Shown in pieces: positions 32,419 through 41,518 of a DNA stretch of 64,000 nt. Under the pieces are notes generated by a model. The model did no database searches, had not been told where the DNA came from, and was given only the letters and a program-made list of their open reading frames with translations. The stretch comes from Spirochaetia bacterium (lineage in GTDB: Bacteria > Spirochaetota > Spirochaetia > SP-2023), in assembly GCA_965263295.1 (NCBI GenBank), contig OZ253665.1:2048001-2112000 (forward strand), in the 5' to 3' direction. A program made the position numbers and the translations under genes. Every line of letters starts with the position of its first letter. Position 1 is the first letter of the stretch.

Positions 32419-33879
32419 CTAGTTCTTTGACAGAAACTCAATTATTCCCTTGGCGGCGCGGCGGCCATGACCCATGGCCTGGATGACCGTTGCCGCTCCA
32501 GTAACAATATCCCCGCCGGCAAAGATACCGGGCACTGAAGTCTGTAAGTGTTTATCGACTTCAATCAGTCGGCGTTCATTGAATTTCAGCTCTGGTGCCG
32601 TCTCGCGAATCAAGGGATTACTCTGACTGCCAATCGACATAATCACTCCATCGACATCCAGCTGCTCAATTGCACCTTCAATCGGAATGGGGCGCCGGCG
32701 GCCTGAAGCGTCAGGCTCTCCCAGTTCGTAACGCTGCAGACGCACGGCTCGGACCCGTCCGCGCTCATCGCCCAAAATTGCCACAGGGCTAGAAAGTAGC
32801 TCAAACAGAACACCCTCTTCCTTGGCGTGTTGACTCTCCTCGGAGCGCGCAGGCATTTCCTCCTCAGAGCGACGGTAGACCAGAAATACCTCCCGCGCAC
32901 CGATGCGCAGCGCCGTCCGCGCGGCATCCATGGCCACGTTACCGCCTCCAATCACAGCAATGCGCTGGGCCTCCAATATCGGCGTTGCCGCCCGCTGGGA
33001 CTCGTAGGCCCGCATTAGGTTGGAACGCGTTAAATACTCGTTTGCGCTGAACACCCCAATCAAATCTTCGCCAGGGATCTGCATAAAGCTGGGGGCGCCG
33101 GCACCAGAACCAATAAACAAGGCTTCGTAGCCATCCTCTTGGCGCAACTGGCTCACCGTACGGGTGCGACCCACCAGAAAATTGCAGCGGAACTCTACGC
33201 CCATGCCCTGTAACTTGGCGACTTCTTCGGCAACGATAGCCTTGGGCAGGCGGAACTCAGGGATGCCATAGAGCAGAACCCCACCCGGCTTATGAAACGC
33301 TTCAAAAATCGTTACGGCAAAACCGGCGCGCACCAAGTCCGCGGCAGCCGTAATACCCGCAGGACCAGAACCGACGATACCCACTTTCTTCGCAGCCGAT
33401 CCGGGCCCAAGCCTTTTGCATTCCTGACCCGCTTCCGGCGACCGACTATTTTGCGGGCGCTTACAATCGGCGACAAAGCGTTCGACGCGACCTATTGATA
33501 CCGCCTTGGCGACATCCTTATGGAATTTGCCGACGGTGCAAGCAGACTGACACTGCTTCTCCTGCGGGCAAACCCGGCCGCAAACCGCGGGCAACAAGTT
33601 ATCATTCATAATGGTGGCAAGGCTCTGATCAAAGTTCCCCACTGCGGCTGCGGCCAGGAAAGCCGGGATATTGATTCCCACCGGGCAATTCTTGACACAG
33701 GGAGCATTCTTGCACTGAATGCAGCGTTCGGCCTCCTTCATTGCCTGCTCTGGGCTGTAGCCCAAGGCCACTTCCTTCATGTTGTTACAGCGCGTGCGCC
33801 CATCCTGGGCAGGCATTTCCTGCACAGGCAAAGTCAAGCGCCGCTGGACTTCTTCTTTACTCAAAACGACAAGACTCAT
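32419..33879 (-). CDS. gltA: NADPH-dependent oxidoreductase large subunit (GltA/SudA/NfnB family)
   Basis: RCIQCKNAPCVKNCPV and CGRVCPQEKQC Fe-S motifs, GSGPAG, YGIPEFRLPK, GGGNVAMD. Confidence 0.92.
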   Translation of the reverse strand: MSLVVLSKEEVQRRLTLPVQEMPAQDGRTRCNNMKEVALGYSPEQAMKEAERCIQCKNAPCVKNCPVGINIPAFLAAAAVGNFDQSLATIMNDNLLPAVCGRVCPQEKQCQSACTVGKFHKDVAKAVSIGRVERFVADCKRPQNSRSPEAGQECKRLGPGSAAKKVGIVGSGPAGITAAADLVRAGFAVTIFEAFHKPGGVLLYGIPEFRLPKAIVAEEVAKLQGMGVEFRCNFLVGRTRTVSQLRQEDGYEALFIGSGAGAPSFMQIPGEDLIGVFSANEYLTRSNLMRAYESQRAATPILEAQRIAVIGGGNVAMDAARTALRIGAREVFLVYRRSEEEMPARSEESQHAKEEGVLFELLSSPVAILGDERGRVRAVRLQRYELGEPDASGRRRPIPIEGAIEQLDVDGVIMSIGSQSNPLIRETAPELKFNERRLIEVDKHLQTSVPGIFAGGDIVTGAATVIQAMGHGRRAAKGIIEFLSKN

Positions 33880-33920
33880 TTTTATCTCCAGGCCAGACGC
33901 CGAATCAGACCGGTGGCTCT

Positions 33921-34814
33921 TCACTCACTAATTCTAGAACTTTCCAAAGCTTTCACGCTGCGGCAATTTCGATTTTGCAAACGGGACGGCATCAATTCGC
34001 GATCACGATTTTCCTTGCCCTTGTACGCCGACAGCCGCAGTATCAAGTTGTCAAAATCGACCTGGTGCCCGTCAAATTCGGGGCCGTCCGTGCAGACAAA
34101 CCTGAGTTTCCCCCCGACGCTGATGCGGCAGCTACCACACATCCCAGTGCCATCCACCATAATCGTATTCAGAGAAACCTGAGTCGGGATGCGAAACTCG
34201 CGTGTGACCTCACAACAGAATTTCATCATAATCGGCGGCCCAATGACGAACACTTCATCTGGGATTGCCAGGCCCTTGCCCCCGCGACAGATTTCCTGCA
34301 GCGGCTCGGTCACTTGGCATCGCCTTCCCTTGCCCCCGTCATCCGTACAGATTATCAGCTCGTCGGCATAAGCCTGGACTTCTTGTTCCATAATCAGCAG
34401 CCCGGCGCTACGCGCGCCCATGACGACCGTGACCCGGCTACCATTTTCATGGAAGGCGCGGATGATGGGCAGTAGAGGAGCCATGCCAATACCACCTCCG
34501 ACGCAGACGACATGATTCCGCTTCTGAATGTGACTTGGCCGCCCCAAAGGCCCTAGCAGAGCAGCTATCTGATCACCTTCATCAAGGAGTGCCATTTCGC
34601 GGGTAGTCCGACCTACAATTTGGAAAGTCAGACGCACTAGGCCCTTTTCTGGATCAGTATCATTAATAGTCAGCGGGATGCGCTCGCCATAGTCCAAGTC
34701 TAACTGCAGCAGGACAAACTGACCCGGCCGATGCGCCTGAGCGATTTCCGCCGCTTCAAGCCATATACTATAAACATACTCAGAAAGACGCTGCTTTTCG
34801 ACGATTTTATGCAT
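33921..34814 (-). CDS. nfnA: Sulfide/dihydroorotate dehydrogenase-like electron-transfer subunit (SudB/NfnA family)
   Basis: PGQFV, GERIPLTI, GPLGRP, GGGIG and MVDGTGMCGSCR...CTDGPEFD; upstream of the large subunit. Confidence 0.88.
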   Translation of the reverse strand: MHKIVEKQRLSEYVYSIWLEAAEIAQAHRPGQFVLLQLDLDYGERIPLTINDTDPEKGLVRLTFQIVGRTTREMALLDEGDQIAALLGPLGRPSHIQKRNHVVCVGGGIGMAPLLPIIRAFHENGSRVTVVMGARSAGLLIMEQEVQAYADELIICTDDGGKGRRCQVTEPLQEICRGGKGLAIPDEVFVIGPPIMMKFCCEVTREFRIPTQVSLNTIMVDGTGMCGSCRISVGGKLRFVCTDGPEFDGHQVDFDNLILRLSAYKGKENRDRELMPSRLQNRNCRSVKALESSRISE

Positions 34815-35031
34815 GATGCCCCCAATAGTCATCTGTTCGCAACAGGATCTGCAAACAAAAAACTTTGCCGGTTAATTATACTATATTTGTAATAAAAAAT
34901 TTATTGGCCAACAATATATACTAAATGATTTTTGCAAATATCTTTGATAGTGATTATCGGGTTAGATTATTTCATTTCCACTCAAAACAAGCGAATTAGA
35001 TCTTGCTAACTATGCAACGAACAATGATTAG

Positions 35032-35211
35032 TCAGAAACTTGGCAACTTATGCGCCCCCAAAGGGTACTCACAAAACGCCCGCCATTCCTGACTGCCCAG
35101 GGCCTCCAGACGCCTCTTTAGCCCCTGGTCGGCCCGCGCCGAGTCCGCACTGCGCGTGCCGTTGTCGTCAAACAGTATGTCGCCCACCAGCAGCCCCGCT
35201 GTGGGAGGCAT
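35032..35211 (-). CDS. Short orphan ORF or gene fragment (59 aa)
   Basis: Manual translation MPPTAGLLVGDILFDDNGTRS...YPLGAHKLPSF; GC-rich, coding-like patch in an AT-rich intergenic region. Confidence 0.25.
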   Translation of the reverse strand: MPPTAGLLVGDILFDDNGTRSADSARADQGLKRRLEALGSQEWRAFCEYPLGAHKLPSF

Positions 35212-35408
35212 GGAGAATGAAAAAGCAGGAATTGTGCAGAAAAGTTGAAGGATGCCTTGTATTTAGGGCTTTCAAAGGGTGGATATGGGGCGTTTAAGTT
35301 TGAAAAAATTGCAGGTTTTTGCTGTTTTCTTGGAGAAATTTGTAAAAAAATTGCAGAAATTTGCAGCCGTTTTTACTGATTTTCCGGGTGCGGTTTCTGC
35401 TTTCCCCT

Positions 35409-35655
35409 GCCTAAATTTCGTGCCTTTTCGCCGTCTTCGTGCCTTTCGTGGTTCCGGGCCGAGTAACCACGAAAAACACGAAAAAGTACGAACGACACGA
35501 AAAATCCTAAAACACCGCGCCTGCTGCCTGGACGCCCCCGCGGCTCCCGTCGCCCCTTTTTTAACTTTTCCCCGGTCACCCACAGCCCCTCTGCCACCAT
35601 TTCGTGACATTTCGCCGTCTTCGTGCTTTTCGTGGTTCCTCTTTCGTGGTCCCGG
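35409..35655 (-). repeat. CACGAA/TTCGTG iterated palindromic repeat cluster 1
   Basis: Arms of about four 9-11 nt boxes (e.g. GTAACCACGAAAAACACGAAAAAGTACGAACGACACGAAAA) and inverse TTCGTG arms around a GC-rich core; homologous to 37621-37965 and 59775-60280. Confidence 0.9.
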
Positions 35656-35762
35656 ATGAAAAACTTGAGCATAGGCTGCCGTCACTCACGCTTGATTGAC
35701 TACGATGCCTAGATCCCTTCCATGATTATTACATAGTTGAACGCAATGGCTCTCATTTCATT

Positions 35763-37424
35763 CTAGTCTTCCCCATTAGCGCCCTCGCCCTCGCGGTAGA
35801 GATGCAAGTAACACGTTCGCATTACGGGTCTACTCCGTCCGCCATCTTCATCTATTGCCGTTATCGCAAACTCCAATTTAATGGGGTCAACACCATTCTG
35901 CTCCTTTTCAATCTCCTCCAGTAACTCAGATCTCACAGTTCTACTAAAAAATGAGCGCTGTTCATCGAAATCGGAGCTCGAGAACTCGTTGTTTTCCATA
36001 TATAAATCGTGATTATTGACCTTCCATTCCCACGTATAAATATAGCCATCCATGTCCTCAGCGACCACATCCAAATAAAAATCTCTTATGTAATTATTCT
36101 CCATAAAAAAAGTTTTATTTTCCGGGGCTGAGACCTCCTTAAACTCTGACGTCGGCACCACGTTCACGTTCAGTGTTCGAGATATCGGAACTTCCACCCC
36201 CATGTCATCCGTCACCGTTACTTTTACCACCACCTTGTGGGGGTCGCCCTCAATCTGCGATTGCCCCTCTTTCAGCGGCGAGTACAAGGTCAGGCTTGCT
36301 TCCGGGCCTGTTTCGCCTTCCTGCTCCACTCCATTGACCTCCCAGCGGTAGGTCAGCTCACCACCATCTTCGTCATTACCTTGAACAATGAAGGTCTGCG
36401 GCGTGCCAGTATTTATATCCGCAAGATGAAACCATTCATCCTCTGCAACCGTCGTCCCATCTTCATCAAACTCTGGCCTCGGCGCATGGTTGGCCTGCAG
36501 GGTCAAGCGGTAGGTTGCTTCGGCACTGTTGCCGTCCTCATCCGTGACCGTCACCCGCACTTGATACGGATCCTCACTTGCTTCAAAACCCTGCGTTGCC
36601 AGCGTAAAAGCCTCTGTCTGCGCGCCTAGCGTCCAGTCGCCAGCCCCAGGTGCCTGGTACTCCCACAGATATTCAAAGACACTTGATTCCGGTGATTCCT
36701 CGTCGCGCACATTCACCGCAAACTCAATATCCTGGCCCACCCTGGCCGTGCCAGAGTCCCCAACCGTCGGCCGCGTAAAGCTCAGCGGCGCGGCCACATC
36801 CGTCAAGAATTTTTCCGGCAGCTCAATGCTGGCCGTGGCCTGGAATTGCCCTTCGGCAGTTTGGGTGGCCAAGAAAGCTTCAACCACCACCTCTAATTCA
36901 CCGGCGGAAATATCGGACCATTCAACAGGCAAATAATCTTTCCAATCTTGAGGATCGAGGACAAAAAATTGTTTTTCACCCTCTACCGCCGTGATCTGAT
37001 ATTCAGTGGCATCGCCGCCATCATTGTAATTTTCACTCCGCTGCAGCCAGAAAGTTTCGGCAATTTCATCCGCAGTCTCAGCAGAATCTTCATCTGTTTC
37101 TGCACTTTCGGCGGCTTCATCTGTCGCCTCACTGTCTGCCATTTTCTGGCGCAGACCCCAACGCACGGCCACATCAGCCCAAAAATCGGCCAGCTCCTGC
37201 GCGGCCAGCTCGCTATCTTCCAAGACGATGTGCTCGTCTTTAATAAAGGAATCAATATAAAATTGTATTTCCCCGGTCTGCTCAAGTCTCTTTGAGTCCA
37301 GGTCAATTAATGTTTTGGGCCCAGAGTCCGAATCGGATGAATCATCCTCACAACCCCAAACAAACAGGGCCAAAAGCGCGAGACTGACGGCAAAGAGCCG
37401 TTTAAAAATTAGACCAGATGACAT
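35763..37424 (-). CDS. Acidic surface lipoprotein with three Ig/PKD-like domains, copy A
   Basis: SD AAGGAGG; signal peptide ending FVWG-C; repeated D-x-D...Y-x-W...V-T-V-T-D-x-x-G beta-sandwich motifs. Confidence 0.85.
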   Translation of the reverse strand: MSSGLIFKRLFAVSLALLALFVWGCEDDSSDSDSGPKTLIDLDSKRLEQTGEIQFYIDSFIKDEHIVLEDSELAAQELADFWADVAVRWGLRQKMADSEATDEAAESAETDEDSAETADEIAETFWLQRSENYNDGGDATEYQITAVEGEKQFFVLDPQDWKDYLPVEWSDISAGELEVVVEAFLATQTAEGQFQATASIELPEKFLTDVAAPLSFTRPTVGDSGTARVGQDIEFAVNVRDEESPESSVFEYLWEYQAPGAGDWTLGAQTEAFTLATQGFEASEDPYQVRVTVTDEDGNSAEATYRLTLQANHAPRPEFDEDGTTVAEDEWFHLADINTGTPQTFIVQGNDEDGGELTYRWEVNGVEQEGETGPEASLTLYSPLKEGQSQIEGDPHKVVVKVTVTDDMGVEVPISRTLNVNVVPTSEFKEVSAPENKTFFMENNYIRDFYLDVVAEDMDGYIYTWEWKVNNHDLYMENNEFSSSDFDEQRSFFSRTVRSELLEEIEKEQNGVDPIKLEFAITAIDEDGGRSRPVMRTCYLHLYREGEGANGED

Positions 37425-37553
37425 ATCTGTATCCTCCTTACGAATGAATGTGGGCTACAAATTTTAAATGAGGAACGATATGGAATAAGAAAATAATAAT
37501 ATTGGTTCGCAGGCACGGGCAAAATTGCCAATAGAAGCACCTAGAACATTTCT

Positions 37554-37582
37554 AGTATATAGCCCCAAACCAACTTTGACAA
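37554..37582 (-). promoter_or_regulatory. Sigma-70-type promoter of lipoprotein copy A
   Basis: TTGTCA-N17-TATACT, preceded by two AAAATATTTT palindromes. Confidence 0.7.
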
Positions 37583-37620
37583 GTATTTTAAAATATTTTA
37601 CAAAATATTTTCGCCTTTCC

Positions 37621-37965
37621 CCTTCAGAGACTCTGGCCAAGTAACCACGAAAAACACTAAAAAAATACAAAACAACACGAAAAATTCTAAAATTCTAAAG
37701 AGCCCATCCGCCTGGACGCCCCCCGCAGCTCCCCATCGTGCCACCCGCGGCTCCCCCGCCTAAATTTCGTGCCTTTTCGCCGTCTTTCGTGCCTTTCGTG
37801 GTCCCCGGGCCAAGTAACCACGAAAAACACTAAAAAAGTACGAAACGACACGAAAAATTCTAAAGCGCCGCGCCTGCCTCCCTGCCACCCGCGGCTCCCC
37901 AGCCTAAATTTCGTGCCTTTTCGCCGTCTTCGTGTACTTTCGTGGTTCCTCTTTCGTGGTCCCGG
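37621..37965 (-). repeat. CACGAA/TTCGTG repeat cluster 2 (two units between the lipoprotein paralogs)
   Basis: Two GTAACCACGAAAAACAC... arms and two AAATTTCGTGCCTTTTCGCCGTCT... arms with different cores. Confidence 0.9.
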
Positions 37966-38072
37966 ATGAAAAAATTGAGCATAGGCTGCCGTCACTCACG
38001 CTTGATTGACTACGATGCCTAGATCCCTTCCATGATTATTACATAGTTGAACGCAATGGCTCTCATTTCATT

Positions 38073-39821
38073 CTAGTCTTCCCCATTAGCGCCCTCGCCC
38101 TCGCGGTAGAGATGCAAGTAACACGTTCGCATTACGGGTCTACTCCGTCCGCCATCTTCATCTATTGCCGTTATCGCAAACTCCAATTTAATGGGGTCAG
38201 CACCATTCTGCTCCTCTTGAATCTCCTGCAGTAACTCATATCTCACAGAAATAAAATATGAGTTATATAAATCAGGCATCATGGTCTGAGCGAACTCGCC
38301 TATGTCTGAATCTAGATCGCGATTATTGAGCTTCCATTCCCACGTAGTCCACCCATTACTCTCGTCGTAATCCATGTCCTCAGCGAACACATGCAACTCA
38401 AAATTTTTAATGTAAAAGTCATAATCGTCACCAGACGGGTCAAGACGATTCATAAAAAAAGTACCACCTTCATGAGATGAAGATCTCCCAGAATCAAACT
38501 CTAGCGTCGTCGTCGGCACCACGTTCACGTACAGCGTTCGAGATATCGGAGCTTCCTCCCCCATGTCATCCGTCACCGTTACTTTTACCACCAACTTGTG
38601 GCGCTCATCGGTGCTCATCGCTTCAATCTTCTCCTGACTCAAACCCTTTAGCGGCGAGTACAAGGTCAGGCTTGCTTCCGGGCCTGTTTCGCCTTCCTGC
38701 TCCACTCCATTGACCTCCCAGCGGTAGGTCAGCTCACCACCATCTTCGTCATTACCTTGAACAATGAAGGTCTGCGGCGTGCCAGTATTTATATCCGCAA
38801 GATGAAACCATTCATCCTCTGCAACCGTCGTCCCATCTTCATCAAACGTTGGCCTCGGCGCATGGTTGGCCTGCAGGGTCAAGCGGTAGGTTGCTTCGGC
38901 ACTGTTGCCGTCCTCATCCGTGACCGTCACCCGCACTTGATACGGATCCTCACTTGCTTCAAAACCCTGCGTTGCCAGCGTAAAAGCCTCTGTCTGCGCG
39001 CCTAGCGTCCAGTCGCCAGCCCCAGGGGCCTGGTACTCCCACAGATATTCAAAGACACTTGATTCCGGTGATTCCTCGTCGCTCACATTCACCGCAAACT
39101 CAATATCCTGGCCCACCCTGGCCGTGCCAGAGTCCCCAACCGTCGGCCGCGTAAAGCTCAGCGGCGCGGCCACATCCGTCGAGAATTCTGCGGGCAGCTC
39201 AATGCTGGCCGTGGCCTGGAATTGCCCTTCGGCAGTTTGGGTGGCCAAGAAAGCTTCAACCACCACCTCTAATTCACCGGCGGAAATATCGGACCATTCA
39301 ACGGGAAAATGATCGGGCAAATTATCTTTCCAATCTTGAGCATCGAGGACAAAAAATTGTTTTTCACCCTCTGCGGCCGTGATCTGATATTCAGTGGCAT
39401 CGCCCTCATCATTGTAATTTTCACTCCGCTGCAGCCAGAAAGTTTCGGGAATTTCATCCGCAGTCTCAGCAGAATCTTCAGAGGCGCTTGCTTCAGCTTC
39501 TGAATTTTCGGCGGCTTCATCTGTCGCCTCACTGTCTGCCATTTTCTGGCGCAGACCCCAGCGCACGGCCACGTCAGCCCAAAAATCGGCCAGCTCCTGC
39601 GCGGCCAGCTCGCCGTCTTGCAAGACGATGTGTTCGTCCTTCATAAAGGAATCAATAAAAAATTCAAATTCCCCGGCCTGCTCAAGTCTCCTTGAGTCCA
39701 GGTCTATTAATGTTTTGGGCCCAGAGTCCGAATCGGATGAATCCTCACAACCCCAAACAAACAGGACCAAAAGCGCGAAGCTGACGGCAAAGAGCCGTTT
39801 AAAAATTAGGTCAGATGACAT
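38073..39821 (-). CDS. Acidic surface lipoprotein with three Ig/PKD-like domains, copy B (582 aa)
   Basis: Paralog of 35763-37424. Start re-assigned to ATG 39821 (SD AAGGAGG; MSSDLIFKRLFAVSFALLVLFVWG-C). Confidence 0.85.
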   Translation of the reverse strand: MSSDLIFKRLFAVSFALLVLFVWGCEDSSDSDSGPKTLIDLDSRRLEQAGEFEFFIDSFMKDEHIVLQDGELAAQELADFWADVAVRWGLRQKMADSEATDEAAENSEAEASASEDSAETADEIPETFWLQRSENYNDEGDATEYQITAAEGEKQFFVLDAQDWKDNLPDHFPVEWSDISAGELEVVVEAFLATQTAEGQFQATASIELPAEFSTDVAAPLSFTRPTVGDSGTARVGQDIEFAVNVSDEESPESSVFEYLWEYQAPGAGDWTLGAQTEAFTLATQGFEASEDPYQVRVTVTDEDGNSAEATYRLTLQANHAPRPTFDEDGTTVAEDEWFHLADINTGTPQTFIVQGNDEDGGELTYRWEVNGVEQEGETGPEASLTLYSPLKGLSQEKIEAMSTDERHKLVVKVTVTDDMGEEAPISRTLYVNVVPTTTLEFDSGRSSSHEGGTFFMNRLDPSGDDYDFYIKNFELHVFAEDMDYDESNGWTTWEWKLNNRDLDSDIGEFAQTMMPDLYNSYFISVRYELLQEIQEEQNGADPIKLEFAITAIDEDGGRSRPVMRTCYLHLYREGEGANGED

Positions 39822-39950
39822 ATCTGTATCCTCCTTATAAAAAGAATGTGGGCTAAAAATTTTAAATGAGGAACGATATGAAATAGAAAATAATAATAAT
39901 GGTTCGCAGGCACGGGCAAACTTGCCAATAGAAGCACCTAGAACATTTCT

Positions 39951-39979
39951 AGTATATAGCCCCAAACCAACTTTGACAA
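39951..39979 (-). promoter_or_regulatory. Sigma-70-type promoter of lipoprotein copy B
   Basis: TTGTCA-N17-TATACT, identical to copy A. Confidence 0.7.
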
Positions 39980-40150
39980 GTATTTTAAAATATTTTACAA
40001 AATATTTTCGCCTTTCCCCTTCAGAGACTCTGGCCGAGTAACCACTATTGCTATTGACACGGTGCGAATCTTCAACGTATATTCTGAAAAACATTCGCTG
40101 TAATGGTCTGGTTTTGAAACCAAGACCTCAAAGTGAAGGAGGATAGATTG

Positions 40151-41029
40151 ATGTCACAGCAATCCAATGAGCAGAAGGTCGTATTGATCACGGGAGCAGC
40201 CAAGGGAATAGGCCGCGCCTCCGCAGAAAAATTGATGGACGAGGGCTGGATCGTCTACGGCGGGGACATCGCCTTTGACGAAATGCTTGACCTTGAACAG
40301 AGAGGCATGCACCGTTTAAAAATGGATGTATGTTCCGATGAACAGGTCCTTGATGGCGTCGCCAAGATCAGCGCGGAACAGGGACGCATTGATGGCGTCC
40401 TGGCAAACGCGGGTTACACTTGCATGGGGATGTTTGAGCTCGTCAGCATTGAAGAAGCCAAGAAACAGTACGAGGTGAACGTGTTCGGCTTGGCACGAAC
40501 CGTGAAGGCCGTGCTGCCCCACATGCGCCGCGCAGCGCCCGAAGGCAATGGACGCATCGTCCTGATGTCTTCAGCCGCCGGCAAAGTATCGCCACCTGGG
40601 ATGGGCTGGTATCCGTCGACAAAACATGCTGTCGAAGCGTTGGCCGATGCCCTGCGCAGAGAGATGATCTATTGCTTCCCAGGCATTGAAGTCGTCCTCA
40701 TTGAACCGGGCTTCATTCCCACCGAGCTGTATAACGCGAGTGAACATACATGGCATGCCGCGATGCAGCACCCAGAAGCCGAAGCCTATCGTGAAGCCAT
40801 GGAAAACTTCCTGGAGAATTTTCGCACAGGCTTTTACGCAGGTTCGCCGGTCACGACCATAGCCGATGCCGTGTCAAAAGCGTTCAACTCAAAAAAACCC
40901 AATAAACGTTATGCACCCAACGCCGAAGCGAAAAGTACCATCTATGCATCGAAGTTCATAGAGAATGCGGATATTTTCGACAAACAGGTGATCAAGTCGA
41001 CACTTTCAACTCCGAAACAGGAGCAGTAG
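40151..41029 (+). CDS. SDR family oxidoreductase
   Basis: TGAAKGIG, ANAGY, YPSTK (YxxxK), IEPG; SD AGGAGG. Confidence 0.92.
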   Translation: MSQQSNEQKVVLITGAAKGIGRASAEKLMDEGWIVYGGDIAFDEMLDLEQRGMHRLKMDVCSDEQVLDGVAKISAEQGRIDGVLANAGYTCMGMFELVSIEEAKKQYEVNVFGLARTVKAVLPHMRRAAPEGNGRIVLMSSAAGKVSPPGMGWYPSTKHAVEALADALRREMIYCFPGIEVVLIEPGFIPTELYNASEHTWHAAMQHPEAEAYREAMENFLENFRTGFYAGSPVTTIADAVSKAFNSKKPNKRYAPNAEAKSTIYASKFIENADIFDKQVIKSTLSTPKQEQ

Positions 41030-41055
41030 ACTGGGGCGCGAATAGGAATCTCGCC

Positions 41056-41415
41056 ATGAGAAACTACGATCGCCTGCGCAAGTTGGAAGGATATTTGCTG
41101 CTGCCCGCCGGGCTCGTTCATATCGTTTACCTTACGTTTTGGGCTGACCGGGCGGCGGCCCCCAATTTGTACTGGGGGGCCATGGGCATCGGAATGGCTT
41201 ACGCCATTCTGGGCGGCCTCATCCTCTTCGGGAAGATCTGGGCGCTGCGGCCAGCGCTCGTCTTGAACACGCTTGGGTTTGTCTGCGTCATCATCATATA
41301 TGACCAATCCCCACTCAAGGCGGTAGATCCAGCGCTGATTGCAGTCGACTGCGTCAGCGTGCCGTTGTTGCTATTTTTAAACTTCAAGGCCTATCGGACG
41401 CTGCAAAAGAGTTAA
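41056..41415 (+). CDS. Small membrane protein (4 TM), hypothetical
   Basis: Four hydrophobic segments; co-oriented 26 nt after the SDR gene. Confidence 0.7.
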   Translation: MRNYDRLRKLEGYLLLPAGLVHIVYLTFWADRAAAPNLYWGAMGIGMAYAILGGLILFGKIWALRPALVLNTLGFVCVIIIYDQSPLKAVDPALIAVDCVSVPLLLFLNFKAYRTLQKS

Positions 41416-41518
41416 AAGCAAATTCAGGGACAAAAACCCCTAATTATCAGCGATTCGCCAGCCAAAAGCCGTAGTCATTGACGTGGCAACGGGGCCTCCC
41501 TTATTTTCACAATTAGCC

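Noticed and set aside
35272..35685. ORFs overlapping the repeat clusters (also 37687-37995 and 59725-60280)
   Set aside because: They are translations of non-coding repeat DNA, open on both strands, with no SD or protein-like features.
35409..37965. Repeat clusters (also 59775-60280) as a CRISPR array
   Set aside because: Arms are degenerate and alternate in orientation, cores are related or identical rather than unique spacers, and no cas genes are present.
37621..37965. Repeats as integron attC sites
   Set aside because: No clear RYYYAAC...GTTRRRY pair bounding the cassettes, the genes carry their own promoters, and no integron integrase is seen.
35890..38510. Diversity-generating retroelement (TR/VR) explaining the variable lipoprotein domain
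   Set aside because: Differences include non-adenine changes (e.g. GAA/CAA, GTT/GCT) and many indels; both copies are full genes; no reverse transcriptase is in the window.
39822..40094. 91-aa N-terminal extension of lipoprotein copy B in the ORF track
   Set aside because: It spans the promoter and repeat remnant; the paralog and the SD place the start at 39821.
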